Below are positions 26,413-36,420 of a stretch of 64,000 nucleotides of DNA, piece by piece (the first letter of the stretch is position 1; each line of letters begins with the position of its first letter). The position numbers and the translations under genes are program-made. The notes beneath the pieces were generated by a model, which had not been told where the DNA came from, ran no database searches, and saw nothing but the letters and a program-made list of their open reading frames with translations. The DNA comes from Frankiaceae bacterium (GTDB lineage Bacteria; Actinomycetota; Actinomycetes; BP-191). The DNA is taken from assembly GCA_035940575.1 (NCBI GenBank), contig DASZER010000046.1, forward strand, positions 3,439 to 67,438. The letters are read 5' to 3'.

Positions 26413-26973
26413 GTGGCGAAGAAGAAGGGCATGTCCCGGCGGGACTTCTTCCGCACGGGGATGCTCGGCAGCGCGGCGGTGTTCGGTGGCGGCTTCACCG
26501 CCGCCACCCTCGGCATGCTCTGGCCCAGCCTCAAGGGCGGCTTCGGCGCCAAGATCAACCTGGGCCGCGCGGACGACCTCAAGGCCGAGCTCGCCGCGAT
26601 CCCGCACAACTGGAAGTACTACGCCGAGGCGCGGTCGTACATCATCCTGTACACCCCCGCGGCCGGGCAGGAGGCGTTCTACAAGGGCGTCGCCGAGGGC
26701 GGGTTCCTCGCGACGTACCAGAAGTGCGCGCACCTCGGCTGCAAGGTCCCGCAGTGCGAGTCGAGCGGCTGGCTCGAGTGCCCGTGCCACGGCTCCCGCT
26801 ACAACAAGGCCGGCGAGTACGAGTTCGGCCCCGCGCCGCGCGGGCTCGACCACTTCCCGATCATCCTCGACGGCGACAACATCATCGTCGACACCGCCAC
26901 GCGCAAGGAAGGCCCGCCGCGCGGCACCAACACGATCAACCAGAACCCCGCCGGCGCGCACTGCCAGGGCTAG
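26413..26973 (+). CDS. Rieske [2Fe-2S] protein with Tat signal
   Basis: Cluster boxes are CAHLGC and CPCHGS. Twin-arginine motif is SRRDFFRTG. The start is GTG 26413 or ATG 26431. Confidence 0.85.
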   Translation: MAKKKGMSRRDFFRTGMLGSAAVFGGGFTAATLGMLWPSLKGGFGAKINLGRADDLKAELAAIPHNWKYYAEARSYIILYTPAAGQEAFYKGVAEGGFLATYQKCAHLGCKVPQCESSGWLECPCHGSRYNKAGEYEFGPAPRGLDHFPIILDGDNIIVDTATRKEGPPRGTNTINQNPAGAHCQG

Positions 26974-27012
26974 CCAGCCCTACCTGATCCGAGAAGGAGA
27001 CCCCTCCGAGCG

Positions 27013-27699
27013 ATGAGCGACATCTCCCCGCGCGAGCGGCGTTCCGACGCCGTAGCCCGGCGCAAGAAGCTCTCGGTCCCGATCGGGTTCCGTCCGGCGC
27101 CGTCCGACGACGAGCTGGAGACCAACGTCCTGGAGCGGTGGCAGGGCTGGGGCCTGCTCCTGCTGCTGTTCCTGGCGCTGTTCCTGCCGCTGTACTTCAT
27201 CTTCTTCGAGAACCAGCGCTCCAACGACGCCGCGCTCGAGCAGCGCGCGGAGTCGATCAGGCGGGGCGCCGCGATCTTCGCGCAGGGCAAGCCCGGCGCC
27301 CACGGCTTCCAGGCCGGGTGCGCGCGCTGCCACGGGACGTACGCCGGCGGCGGCGTCGTGCCGCAGTGGAAGGCCAACCCGACCGCCCAGCCCGCCGACG
27401 TCCCCGCGCCGTCGCTGACCGAGGTGTTCAAGCGCCAGATCGTCGACCTCAAGAAGACGCCGCGCGACGCCTACCGCTTCGTCTACGAGACGATCGCGCA
27501 GGGCCGCCCCGGCACGCCGATGCCCACGTGGGGCCTCGGCTACGGCGGCCCGATGAACGACCAGCAGATCGAGGACGTCATCAACTACCTGCTGTCGGTC
27601 CAGACCGGCCTGCCGGAGGAGGTCGCCAGCGAGATCGCGCTCGGCGACGGCTCCGGCGGCGCGTTCTCCCACCTCATCACCTTCGCCGCCTCGCGGTAG
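27013..27699 (+). CDS. membrane-anchored monoheme cytochrome c
   Basis: 228 aa with one TM (WGLLLLLFLALFLPLYFIFF), a single CARCH heme site and GRPGTPMPTWG as the Met-ligand region. Confidence 0.8.
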   Translation: MSDISPRERRSDAVARRKKLSVPIGFRPAPSDDELETNVLERWQGWGLLLLLFLALFLPLYFIFFENQRSNDAALEQRAESIRRGAAIFAQGKPGAHGFQAGCARCHGTYAGGGVVPQWKANPTAQPADVPAPSLTEVFKRQIVDLKKTPRDAYRFVYETIAQGRPGTPMPTWGLGYGGPMNDQQIEDVINYLLSVQTGLPEEVASEIALGDGSGGAFSHLITFAASR

Positions 27700-27711
27700 G
27701 AAAGGTTCGAC

Positions 27712-28545
27712 GTGCCGAACGTGTACGCCCTCGCCGCCCACCCGCTGGTCCAGCAGGTGGCGCAGGAGGAGGTCAAGACCAAGGGGCCCCGCGCCGTCTT
27801 CGGCGTGATCCTCATGTTCCTCATCCTCTGCGGCGGCGTCTGGATGCTGCTCCAGTCGTCGTTCGGGCCGTGGCAGGCGTACCTGATCTCGAGCGTCGCG
27901 TTCTGGGGCTCGTGGCTGGTGCTGTCCACGATCTGGCTCGTCGGCGTCCCCGGCGTCGGCGGGTGGATCCCGCGCTCGACGCCGCGCTTCAACGGCCCGC
28001 AGGGCGCCGAGGCGTCGTGGGTCGTGGTCAACCCGCACGGCGAGGACGAGAAGCTGAAGAAGGCGTTCGACGAGTTCGCGAACGGCGGCGACGCGGCGTT
28101 CTTCACGGTCGACGAGTCGCTCCAGGACCCGACCACGCAGTCGCAGAAGTCGTCGGCCGAGTCGGCCGCGAACGAGCGCATCTCCGAGGAGTACGCCCGC
28201 GACCTCGGCGTCGGCGCGGCCGACGTGACGTCGCCGAACGTCATCACGGTCACCGAGACGCAGCTCGGCAAGGAGGACGGCAAGTTCAAGTACGCGCGGA
28301 TCACGTTCGGCCCCGCGAAGCCGAACGCCACCGACAACGAGCCGACGAAGGCGCTCATCGCGCGGATCAAGCCGAAGACCATGGAGCTCGCGCTGCACGA
28401 GGGCTCGCTGGCGAGGCCGACGTACGTCGCGATGCCGCTGTTCGGCGTGCTGTTCCTCCTCCACGCGCTGCTGCTGGCCAGGTACGAGACCAAGCACGTG
28501 GACACCCCGCAGGGCGCGCCGGAACGGGTGACCGCGGGCGTCTGA
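27712..28545 (+). CDS. membrane protein of unknown function, last gene of the b6-type operon
   Basis: 277 aa with two N-terminal TMs, an acidic soluble domain of about 150 aa and a C-terminal TM (YVAMPLFGVLFLLHALLLA). 12 nt after the cytochrome c gene. Confidence 0.6.
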   Translation: MPNVYALAAHPLVQQVAQEEVKTKGPRAVFGVILMFLILCGGVWMLLQSSFGPWQAYLISSVAFWGSWLVLSTIWLVGVPGVGGWIPRSTPRFNGPQGAEASWVVVNPHGEDEKLKKAFDEFANGGDAAFFTVDESLQDPTTQSQKSSAESAANERISEEYARDLGVGAADVTSPNVITVTETQLGKEDGKFKYARITFGPAKPNATDNEPTKALIARIKPKTMELALHEGSLARPTYVAMPLFGVLFLLHALLLARYETKHVDTPQGAPERVTAGV

Positions 28546-28557
28546 CGCCGTACGTGC

Positions 28558-28592
28558 CGAAGGGGCGCCCCGTTCGCGGGAGCGCCCCTTCG
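28558..28592. terminator. bidirectional stem-loop between convergent genes
   Basis: 11-bp perfect stem cgaaggggcgc / gcgccccttcg with a 13-nt loop, between stops at 28545 (+) and 28603 (-). Confidence 0.55.
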
Positions 28593-28602
28593 TCGTTGCT
28601 GC

Positions 28603-28773
28603 CTAGTCGAAGCAGATCCTGAAGTGGTGGATCTCGCCGGTCGTGTCGCCGTACGAGCCCTCCACGCCGATGCCCTCGTCGCAGGGGTGGGCCTCGGCGG
28701 CGTAGGCGGGGGCGGCCACGGCCAGCGAGGCGGCGGCGAGGGCGGCGGCGGCGAGCAGCCGGGTGGCGGGCAT
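28603..28773 (-). CDS. 56-aa secreted peptide precursor (2 Cys)
   Basis: ATG 28773 is preceded by GAAGGAGC. Product MPATRLLAAAALAAASLAVAAPAYA|AEAHPCDEGIGVEGSYGDTTGEIHHFRICFD. Confidence 0.6.
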   Translation of the reverse strand: MPATRLLAAAALAAASLAVAAPAYAAEAHPCDEGIGVEGSYGDTTGEIHHFRICFD

Positions 28774-28884
28774 GGGTGCTCCTTCGTGTGGTGAGGGTGC
28801 CGCCACGGCGGCGGCGAGGACGGTGAGGGTGCCCCCTCGCCGCGCGCGCCGCCATGTCCGATCGGGACGATCCCGGACGCGCGC

Positions 28885-28911
28885 AGGCCCCGGCCGCGAG
28901 GGCCGGGGCCT
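28885..28911 (-). terminator. stem-loop after peptide gene B
   Basis: aggccccggcc gcgag ggccggggcct, an 11-bp stem, 58 nt past the stop at 28969. Confidence 0.5.
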
Positions 28912-28968
28912 GGCGTCGTAGCGGTTGGCGGGCGGAGGCGGATCAGGCCGCCCGCGACGAGGTCGCGA

Positions 28969-29130
28969 CTACGGCAGCGGGATGCACTGCGTGACCGTGA
29001 CGGGCATGCCGTTGATGATGGTCGTGTGGGTGATGCAGATCATGCCGGCGTCGGGCTGCGCGACGGCGGCGGGCGCCGCGGCGAACAGCGACGCCGTCAC
29101 AGCGGTGGCGGCGAGCATCTTGCGCATCAT
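28969..29130 (-). CDS. 53-aa secreted peptide precursor (2 Cys)
   Basis: ATG 29130 is preceded by GGGGAG. Product MMRKMLAATAVTASLFAAAPAAVA|QPDAGMICITHTTIINGMPVTVTQCIPLP. Confidence 0.6.
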   Translation of the reverse strand: MMRKMLAATAVTASLFAAAPAAVAQPDAGMICITHTTIINGMPVTVTQCIPLP

Positions 29131-29217
29131 GGAACTCCCCGTTCTGTTGGCGCCGCTCCTGCGCGGCGCGACCGGGGCAGGCTCGTTGCGCACGGCCCAC
29201 GCGTCAAGGCGTAGGCC

Positions 29218-29427
29218 TCACCCCTGGATTCGGTCGACCGTGACGCAGACGGTCGGCCCGTCGCCTACGCACAGCAGCGGCGGGCCCTCGGGGCGCGCGG
29301 GGCAGACCGCGATCACGGGCCCGGGAACGATCACGTCGACGCAGGGGGCGGCGCTCGCGGGGGCGGCGAGCGACACGACGGAGGCCGCGGCGAGGGAGGC
29401 GGCGGCGAGGATGCGGGGGAGGGTCAT
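29218..29427 (-). CDS. 69-aa secreted peptide precursor (4 Cys, Pro/Val-rich)
   Basis: MTLPRILAAASLAAASVVSLAAPASA|APCVDVIVPGPVIAVCPARPEGPPLLCVGDGPTVCVTVDRIQG. An alternative TTG start lies at 29448. No clear SD. Confidence 0.5.
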   Translation of the reverse strand: MTLPRILAAASLAAASVVSLAAPASAAPCVDVIVPGPVIAVCPARPEGPPLLCVGDGPTVCVTVDRIQG

Positions 29428-29460
29428 GGCGCGCAACGCTCGCGGCAACGCCGCGCCACG

Positions 29461-30099
29461 TCAAGCGCCCGGCGGCACGTCCTTGCGCGCCAGCGCGCCG
29501 GCGGGCTCGGTGTAGGTCACGCTCGCCAGCCGCGTGCCGTGCCATGTCAGCGTCGTGACGCTCGCGAGGCCGCACTGCCGGCTGCGCGGGTCGTGCCACA
29601 GGCGGCGGCCCTCGAGGTGGCGGCGCAGGACGTAGATCGGGAGCTGGTGGCTCACGCAGATCGCCTCGTGCCCGGCGACCTCGTCGCGTACGTCGGTCAC
29701 GGCGTCGAGCATCCGGCGCGCGGTCTGCGCGTACGGCTCGCCCCACGACGGCAGGAACGGGTTGCGCAGGTACCGCAGGCTCGCCCACGACGCGAACGAC
29801 CGCCATCCCCGGTCGACCGCCCGCCCCTCGAAGTGGCTGGCGCTCTCGATCAGCCGCTCGTCGGCGCGGGCGGCGCGGGCGTACGCCTCCTCCAGCGGCC
29901 GCGCGGTCTCCCGCGCGCGCTGCAACGGCGACGTGAGCAGCAGCACGACGTCGCGCCCGGCCAGCGCCTTCGTCGCGACCTCGGCCATCCGGTGCCCCGT
30001 CTCCGAGAGGCCGTAGCCGGGCAGGCGGCCGTAGAGGATCTTCTGGGGGTTGTGCACCTCGCCGTGGCGCAGCAGGTGGACCCGCGTGACCGTCGTCAT
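29461..30099 (-). CDS. histidine phosphatase (phosphoglycerate mutase) family protein
   Basis: 212 aa [18 protein letters not shown]... (RHG catalytic motif). ATGA overlap with hemL. Same position as the phosphatase downstream of hemL in mycobacteria and streptomycetes (from memory). Confidence 0.8.
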   Translation of the reverse strand: MTTVTRVHLLRHGEVHNPQKILYGRLPGYGLSETGHRMAEVATKALAGRDVVLLLTSPLQRARETARPLEEAYARAARADERLIESASHFEGRAVDRGWRSFASWASLRYLRNPFLPSWGEPYAQTARRMLDAVTDVRDEVAGHEAICVSHQLPIYVLRRHLEGRRLWHDPRSRQCGLASVTTLTWHGTRLASVTYTEPAGALARKDVPPGA

Positions 30100-31376
30100 G
30101 CGGCGGCCGCCGCGCGCGCGGCGTGCGGCACCGCGTCGGCGATCCGCTGCAACGCCTCGTCGCCGTGCGCGGCGCTGACGAACCACGCCTCGTACGCGCT
30201 CGGCGGCAGGTAGACCCCGCGCCGCAGGCACTCGTGGAAGAACGCGCCGTAGCGGCCGGTGTCCTGCGTCGTGGCGGTGGCGTAGTCGACGACGGCGTCG
30301 TCGGTGAAGAAGAACGAGAACAGGCTGCCCGCGGTGTTGAGCCGGTGCGCGACGCCCGCCTCGGTCAGCGCGTCCGTGACGAGCGCGGCGACGGCGGCGG
30401 CGGTCTTGTCGACGTGCGCGTAGACGTCGTCGGTGCAGGCGCGCAGCGTCGCGAGCCCGGCCGCGACGGCGACGGGGTTGCCCGACAGCGTGCCCGCCTG
30501 GTACACCGGCCCCGCCGGCGCGAGGTGGCCCATCACGTCCGCCCGCCCGCCGAACCCGGCGGCCGGCAGCCCGCCGCCCATGACCTTGCCGAACGTCGCG
30601 AGGTCCGGCGCGACGCCCTCGAGGCCGTACCAGCCGCTCGGGCCGACGCGGAAGCCGGTCATCACCTCGTCGAGGATCAGCAGCGCGCCGTGCCGCGTGC
30701 AGAGGTCGCGCAGGGCGGCGTTGTAGCCGGGCAGCGGCGGGACGACGCCCATGTTGGCCGCGGCCGCCTCGGTGATGACGCAGGCGATGTCGTCGCCGTG
30801 CGCCTCGAACGCCGCCTCGACGGCGGCGACGTCGTTGTACGGCAGCACGATCGTGTCGGCGGCGCTCGCGCCGGTCACGCCGGGGGTGTCGGGCAGCCCG
30901 AACGTCACGACGCCGCTGCCCGCGCTGGCCAGCAGCGCGTCGACGTGGCCGTGGTAGCAGCCGGCGAACTTCACGACCTTGGACCGGCCGGTGAACCCGC
31001 GCGCGAGGCGCACCGCGCTCATCGTGGCCTCCGTGCCGGAGCCGACGAGGCGCACCTGCTCCACGAACGCCACCCGCCGCACGATCTCCTCGGCGAGCTC
31101 GACCTCGCCGGGCGTCGGCGTGCCGAACGACGTGCCGCGCGAGACGGCCTCGTTGATCGCCTCGATCACCGACGGGTGGCGGTGGCCGAGGATCATCGGC
31201 CCCCACGAGCAGACGAGGTCGACGTACGTCACGCCGTCCGCGTCGGTCAGCCACGGCCCGTCGCCCGAGACCATGAAGCGCGGCGTGCCGCCGACGGCGC
31301 GGAAGGCGCGGACGGGGGAGTTCACGCCGCCGGGGGTGACGCGCTGCGCGCGCGCGAACAGGTCCTCTGAGGTCAC
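30096..31376 (-). CDS. hemL: glutamate-1-semialdehyde 2,1-aminomutase
   Basis: 426 aa starting at GTG 31376 ([30 protein letters not shown]...). Full-length HemL with [11 protein letters not shown] and the GKVMGGG PLP-Lys region. Confidence 0.9.
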   Translation of the reverse strand: MTSEDLFARAQRVTPGGVNSPVRAFRAVGGTPRFMVSGDGPWLTDADGVTYVDLVCSWGPMILGHRHPSVIEAINEAVSRGTSFGTPTPGEVELAEEIVRRVAFVEQVRLVGSGTEATMSAVRLARGFTGRSKVVKFAGCYHGHVDALLASAGSGVVTFGLPDTPGVTGASAADTIVLPYNDVAAVEAAFEAHGDDIACVITEAAAANMGVVPPLPGYNAALRDLCTRHGALLILDEVMTGFRVGPSGWYGLEGVAPDLATFGKVMGGGLPAAGFGGRADVMGHLAPAGPVYQAGTLSGNPVAVAAGLATLRACTDDVYAHVDKTAAAVAALVTDALTEAGVAHRLNTAGSLFSFFFTDDAVVDYATATTQDTGRYGAFFHECLRRGVYLPPSAYEAWFVSAAHGDEALQRIADAVPHAARAAAAA

Positions 31377-31726
31377 CCGTCCATCTTCGCAGCCACGCGC
31401 CCTTCGGCGCGTTCGGCGAACGCGCGCCAGGTCGCGGCCAGCCCGTCCACGACGGAGTCGCACCGGATGCTCGTCCGCAGCCCGTGCGCGTGCGCGGACA
31501 CCAGGTGCCACTGCTCGGTCCGGACGCCGACCTCGGTGACGCCGAGATGGATCGCGAGCGAGAGCAGGATCTCCGACGCCTCGTCGCCGCCGGGCGCGAC
31601 GCCACGCGCGCGGATCCGCTCCCTGACCTCCGCGCGCAGCGCCGCCGCGGCGGCCGCGCCCGCGTCGTCGCACGTGCAGACGAAGTCGTCGAACGCCTCC
31701 GCGCCGGGAGGGCCGGCGCCCGTCAC
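31373..31726 (-). CDS. hypothetical protein
   Basis: 117 aa starting at GTG 31726. GTGA overlaps at both ends. No family recognised. Confidence 0.5.
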   Translation of the reverse strand: MTGAGPPGAEAFDDFVCTCDDAGAAAAAALRAEVRERIRARGVAPGGDEASEILLSLAIHLGVTEVGVRTEQWHLVSAHAHGLRTSIRCDSVVDGLAATWRAFAERAEGRVAAKMDG

Positions 31727-33336
31727 CGCATCCGGGGCGGCAGCCGGAACGTCGTCTGGTTCGCCGAGATCGTCTCGGCCGACAGCGCGAACGCCGCCGC
31801 CGGGGCGCGGACCTCGCCCACGAGGAACGCGCGGCGGTCGCGGCGCAGCGCGGGGATCGAGACCGAGCCCGCGCTGACCGTCACCTGCCCGCCGCTCGCG
31901 GAGGGGACCCAGAAGTCGTCGTTCGCCAGCACCTCGACGCCGACGCGGTGGCCGCGCTCGAAGCGCCAGTCCTGCGGGTACAGGTCGAACGCCACCTTGC
32001 CGGAGACGCCCGCGTGCACGCCCTTCGTGACGAGGACGGCGTTGCCGCCGGCGTCGACGTCCCACAGCCGCACCGCGACCTGCGCGGGCCCGACGCCCTT
32101 CGCGTCGACGGTGACGCGCGGTACGCCGGAGAGGTGCACGGCGTACGGCAGCGCCTGGCTGAAGGACCACGCCGAGCCGCCCCGCTCGCGGAGCTGCGAG
32201 CCGTCGGCGCTGGGGTAGGCGACGTAGGAGCCCTCGCGCAGCGTCAGCAGCGCCGGTCGCGCGTCGCTCGGCGGCCAGCGGTCGTCCGTACGCCAGCGGC
32301 CGTCGCCCTGCTGGACCACCGCGCCGGGCTGGCGCTGGACGGCGCGCAGCGCCTTGGCGTCGCGCTTCACGTACGCGTCGAGCCACGCGTAGGCCTCGGC
32401 GACGTAGCGCTCGCGGACCTCCTCGTAGTCCGGGTCGATCGGCGCGCGATGGATGAACTGGCCCGTCCACATCCGCTTCGGCCCGCGCAGCAGCGGATAG
32501 AGCTGGCTCATGTTGTCGGGCTTCACCTGGAAGTCGAGGAAGCCCTGCGAGTACAGCACCGGCACGGTGCTCGTCGCGGCGCGCGCGACGAGGTCGCGCT
32601 CCTTCCAGTAGGCCGTCGTCGGGTCGCCGACCTTGGTCATGCCGACGTTGGTGGCGTAGCAGTGCGGCGCGCTCGCGGTGCCGGAGACGGCGGTGACGAT
32701 CCCGTCGGGGCCGGTCGACTGGTGCGGCGGCATCAGGTCCATCTGGGCGTAGAGGCTCGACGTCGCGAGCCAGCCGCCCTCGTAGTGCGCGCCGTTCATC
32801 CAGAAGCCGGAGTACCCGCGCGTGATCGGTGCCTGCACGACGAGCGCGGCGAGGCCCTTGGGGCGCGTGGCGAGCGCCATGATCTGCGTCCAGCCGTCGT
32901 AGGAGATGCCCCACATGCCGACGCGGCCGGTGGACCACGGCTGCGCCGCCGACCACTCGACGGCCGCCTTCGCGTCCATCTGCTCGCCGGGCCCGCCGAG
33001 GTCGCCGCAGCCGCCTGAGGCGTTGTAGCCGCGCAGGCTCACCTCTACGACGGCGTAGCCGCGGTAGAGCAGCTCCTCCATCTCCTCGTACTCGGGGATG
33101 CCGGGGCCGCGCGGCGAGTGCGCCGGGCTGATGCCGTTGAGGTACGGCGACACGAGCAGCACGACGGGCACCCGCCCGCCGCGCGCGGGGCGGTAGACCT
33201 GCGCGTGCAACGGCGTGCCGTCGCCGGACGCGATGTACGTCGTGGAGAACGTCCAGTCGTCGTCCGCGTGCGTCGCGGGAGCGACGGGACCGGCGAGGAG
33301 GAGCGCCGCGAGGGCGGCGACGATACGGGTGCGCAC
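31723..33336 (-). CDS. secreted CocE/NonD-family (X-Pro dipeptidyl-peptidase S15-like) hydrolase
   Basis: About 537 aa with signal peptide [24 protein letters not shown]. Nucleophile-elbow region is [12 protein letters not shown]. The start is approximate. Confidence 0.7.
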   Translation of the reverse strand: MRTRIVAALAALLLAGPVAPATHADDDWTFSTTYIASGDGTPLHAQVYRPARGGRVPVVLLVSPYLNGISPAHSPRGPGIPEYEEMEELLYRGYAVVEVSLRGYNASGGCGDLGGPGEQMDAKAAVEWSAAQPWSTGRVGMWGISYDGWTQIMALATRPKGLAALVVQAPITRGYSGFWMNGAHYEGGWLATSSLYAQMDLMPPHQSTGPDGIVTAVSGTASAPHCYATNVGMTKVGDPTTAYWKERDLVARAATSTVPVLYSQGFLDFQVKPDNMSQLYPLLRGPKRMWTGQFIHRAPIDPDYEEVRERYVAEAYAWLDAYVKRDAKALRAVQRQPGAVVQQGDGRWRTDDRWPPSDARPALLTLREGSYVAYPSADGSQLRERGGSAWSFSQALPYAVHLSGVPRVTVDAKGVGPAQVAVRLWDVDAGGNAVLVTKGVHAGVSGKVAFDLYPQDWRFERGHRVGVEVLANDDFWVPSASGGQVTVSAGSVSIPALRRDRRAFLVGEVRAPAAAFALSAETISANQTTFRLPPRMR

Positions 33337-33368
33337 GAGTGGCAAGAGCCGCGAGGCGGCCCGCGGGT

Positions 33369-33782
33369 TCAGTCGGCGTGCCCGGCGGCGCGGCGTACGG
33401 CCGCCCGCAGCAGGTCGTCGACCTCCGCCGTCGGCTCGACGTCGTGGCGCCGCAGCAGCGCGGCGAGCTCGGCGGCGGGGCCGCCAGGGTCGAGCTCGGT
33501 CACCTCGGCGACCTTCTGCGCGGCGGCGTACGGCGTCAGGCGCCCGTCCATCTCGGCGCACGCCCAGCGCACGACCGGGTGCGCGTCGCTCTCGGCGTGG
33601 CCGAGGGAGGCGAGGACGGCGGGGAGCAGCGCGCGGGCCTCGGCGGCGTCGCGGCGGGTGAGGCCCGCCAGCGCGCGCAGCTCGCCCGAGTCGTGGCCCT
33701 CCGCGAGCCAGCCGGCGGCGAGCATCGGCAGGTCCTCGTCGCGTACGGCCCCGGGGTCGCGGGCCACGTCCTGCGGCGTCAC
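33369..33782 (-). CDS. hypothetical protein
   Basis: 137 aa starting at GTG 33782 (GTGA overlap with the hemB stop). No family recognised. Confidence 0.5.
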   Translation of the reverse strand: MTPQDVARDPGAVRDEDLPMLAAGWLAEGHDSGELRALAGLTRRDAAEARALLPAVLASLGHAESDAHPVVRWACAEMDGRLTPYAAAQKVAEVTELDPGGPAAELAALLRRHDVEPTAEVDDLLRAAVRRAAGHAD

Positions 33783-34762
33783 CGCAGGCGGCGGGCGACC
33801 TCGGTGGCCCAGTACGTGAGCACGAGGTCGGCGCCCGCGCGGCGGATGGAGGTGAGCGTCTCGTCGACCGCGCGGTCGCGGTCGATCCAGCCGTTGGCCG
33901 CGGCGGCCTCGACCATCGCGTACTCCCCCGACACCTGGTACGCGGCCACCGGCACGGTCGCGACCTCGCGCACGCGGCGTACGACGTCGAGGTAGGCCAT
34001 CGCGGGCTTGACCATCACCATGTCCGCGCCCTCGGCGAGGTCGAGCAGCACCTCGCGCACGGCCTCGTCGGAGTTGGCCGGGTCCTGCTGGTACGCGTTG
34101 CGGTCCCCGAACCGAGGCGCGCACTCCGCCGCCTCGCGGAACGGGCCGTAGAACGCGCTCGCGTACTTCGCCGAGTAGGCGAGGATCGCGACGTCGGGGT
34201 GGCCGTCGGCGTCGAGCGCCTCGCGGATCGCGCGGACCTGCCCGTCCATCATCCCGCTGGGCGCGACGACGGCGCTGCCCGCACGGGCCTGCGCGACGGC
34301 GGCGGCGGCGTAGCGGGCGAGGGTGGCGTCGTTGTCGACGGTGCCGTCCTCGCGCAGCAGGCCGCAGTGGCCGTGGTCGGTGTACTCGTCCAGGCAGCAG
34401 TCGGTCATCAGGACCGTGGAGTCGCCGAGCTCGGCGACGAGGTCGCGCAGCGCGACCTGCACGATGCCGTCGGGGTCGTCGGCGCCGGAGCCGCGCGCGT
34501 CCTTGACCTCGGGGATGCCGAACAGGATCAGCCCGCCGACACCCGCCTCGACGGCCTCGACGGCGGCCTTCCGCAGCGAGTCGCGGGTGTGCTGGACGAC
34601 GCCCGGCATCGAGCCGACGGGCGCGGGGTCGGCGATGCCCTCCTTCACGAACAGCGGCAGCACGAGGTCGGCGGGGTGCAGCCGCGTCTCGGCCGCGAGG
34701 CGGCGCAGCGCGGGCGTACGGCGCAGCCGGCGCGGGCGCGCGGCGGGGAACTCCGCGCTCAC
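33779..34762 (-). CDS. hemB: porphobilinogen synthase (delta-aminolevulinate dehydratase)
   Basis: 327 aa starting at GTG 34762: [14 protein letters not shown]...[14 protein letters not shown]...[10 protein letters not shown]. Confidence 0.9.
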   Translation of the reverse strand: MSAEFPAARPRRLRRTPALRRLAAETRLHPADLVLPLFVKEGIADPAPVGSMPGVVQHTRDSLRKAAVEAVEAGVGGLILFGIPEVKDARGSGADDPDGIVQVALRDLVAELGDSTVLMTDCCLDEYTDHGHCGLLREDGTVDNDATLARYAAAAVAQARAGSAVVAPSGMMDGQVRAIREALDADGHPDVAILAYSAKYASAFYGPFREAAECAPRFGDRNAYQQDPANSDEAVREVLLDLAEGADMVMVKPAMAYLDVVRRVREVATVPVAAYQVSGEYAMVEAAAANGWIDRDRAVDETLTSIRRAGADLVLTYWATEVARRLR

Positions 34763-36420
34763 CGCCGGGCCGCCTTGCCGGGCGCCTTCTTCGCGGGTGC
34801 CTTCGCGACGACCTTGGCGACCTTGGCCGGCGCCTTCTTCGCGGTCTTGCGCGCCGGCTTCGCGGCGGCCGCCGTCAGGGCCTCCTCGCGCGCGGCGACG
34901 ACGTGGTCGGCAAGCGCCTTGGTGACGGCGGCGACGGAGGCGACCCGCGACTGCACGTCCACGCGCAGCCCCGCCTCGCGCGCGGCGGCGGCGGTCTGCG
35001 GGCCGATGGCGGCGACGAGCGTGCGCTCGTGCGGCTTGCCGCAGAGCGCGACGAGGTTGCGGACGGTCGACGACGACGTGAACACGATCGCGTCGACGTC
35101 GCCGTTGCGGACCGCCTGCTTCACCTCGTCGGGCGGCGCGGCGGCGCGGACGGTGCGGTACGCCGTCACCTCGTCCACGGCCCAGCCCTTCGCCTTCACC
35201 GCGCCGACGAGCGTCTCGGTCGCGATGTCGGCGCGCGGCAGCAGCACGCGATCGAGGAAGTCGAGCTGCGCGTCGTACGGCGGCCAGACCTTGCCGAGCC
35301 CCTCGGACGACTGCTCGTCGTCGGGCTTGAGGTCGCAGAACAGGCCCCACTCCCGCAACGCCGCCACGGTCGCGTCGCCGACGGCCGCGATCTTCACGCC
35401 GGCCAGCGCGCGGGGGTCGAGGCCGACCTCCTCCATGCCCTCGCGGATCGCGCGGACGGCGTTGGCCGAGGTGAACGCCACCCACTGGTAGCGCCCCTGC
35501 ACGAGGCCACTGACCGCGCGGCGCATCGGCTCGGGGTTGCGCGGCGGCTCGATCGCGATGGTCGGCACCTCGATCGGCTCGCCGCCGAGGGCGCGTACCT
35601 CCGACGACAGCGTCCCGGCCTGCTGGCGGGTGCGCGGCACGAGCACCGACATGCCGAACAGCGGGCGGCCCTCGTACCAGTTGAGGCGCTGGCGCAGCGA
35701 CACGACCGAGCCGATGACCGTCACGGCGGGCGCGGTCATCTTCGCGGCGGCCGCGGCCTCCTCGATCGTGTTCAGGTCGGCGACGACAGTGCGCTGCATG
35801 GCCGTGGTGCCGTAGCGCGTCATCGCGACGGGGGTGTCGCCGGGGCGGCCGTGCTCGATGAGCTTCGCCGCGATCTTGCCGATCTTCTCGGCGCCCATGA
35901 GCAGCACGATCGTGCCCGGGCCGTTCGCGAGCGCGCGCCAGTCGACGGTGCTGCCCGGCGCCTGCGGGTCGACGTGGCCGGATACGACGACGAAGTCCTG
36001 CGTCTTGCCCCGGTGCGTGACCGGGATGCCGGCGTACGCGGGCACGGCGATCGCCGACGTGACGCCGGGTACGACCTCCCACGGGACGCGCGCCTTGACG
36101 CACGCCTCCGCCTCCTCGCCGCCGCGGCCGAAGACGAACGGGTCGCCGCCCTTGAGCCGCACGACGTTGAGGCCCTGCTTGGCGCGGTCGACGAGGACGG
36201 CGTTGATGTCCTCCTGCGTCATGCCCTCGCCGTGCGGCGCCTTGCCCGCCTCTACCACCTCGACGTCGGGGCGGCAGTGCCGCAGCAGCTCGCGCGAGGC
36301 GAGCCGGTCGACCACGACGACGTCGGCGCGTTCGAGCAGCTCGAGGCCGCGCAACGTGATCAGCTCGGGGTCGCCGGGACCCGCACCGACGAGCGAGACG
36401 GTCCCCTTCGGCTTCCTCAT
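34759..36420 (-). CDS. cobA/hemD: fused uroporphyrinogen-III C-methyltransferase / uroporphyrinogen-III synthase with Lys/Ala-rich C-terminal tail
   Basis: 553 aa. N-terminal SUMT region is [18 protein letters not shown]...[16 protein letters not shown], followed by the HemD domain. Tail is [36 protein letters not shown]. Confidence 0.85.
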   Translation of the reverse strand: MRKPKGTVSLVGAGPGDPELITLRGLELLERADVVVVDRLASRELLRHCRPDVEVVEAGKAPHGEGMTQEDINAVLVDRAKQGLNVVRLKGGDPFVFGRGGEEAEACVKARVPWEVVPGVTSAIAVPAYAGIPVTHRGKTQDFVVVSGHVDPQAPGSTVDWRALANGPGTIVLLMGAEKIGKIAAKLIEHGRPGDTPVAMTRYGTTAMQRTVVADLNTIEEAAAAAKMTAPAVTVIGSVVSLRQRLNWYEGRPLFGMSVLVPRTRQQAGTLSSEVRALGGEPIEVPTIAIEPPRNPEPMRRAVSGLVQGRYQWVAFTSANAVRAIREGMEEVGLDPRALAGVKIAAVGDATVAALREWGLFCDLKPDDEQSSEGLGKVWPPYDAQLDFLDRVLLPRADIATETLVGAVKAKGWAVDEVTAYRTVRAAAPPDEVKQAVRNGDVDAIVFTSSSTVRNLVALCGKPHERTLVAAIGPQTAAAAREAGLRVDVQSRVASVAAVTKALADHVVAAREEALTAAAAKPARKTAKKAPAKVAKVVAKAPAKKAPGKAARR

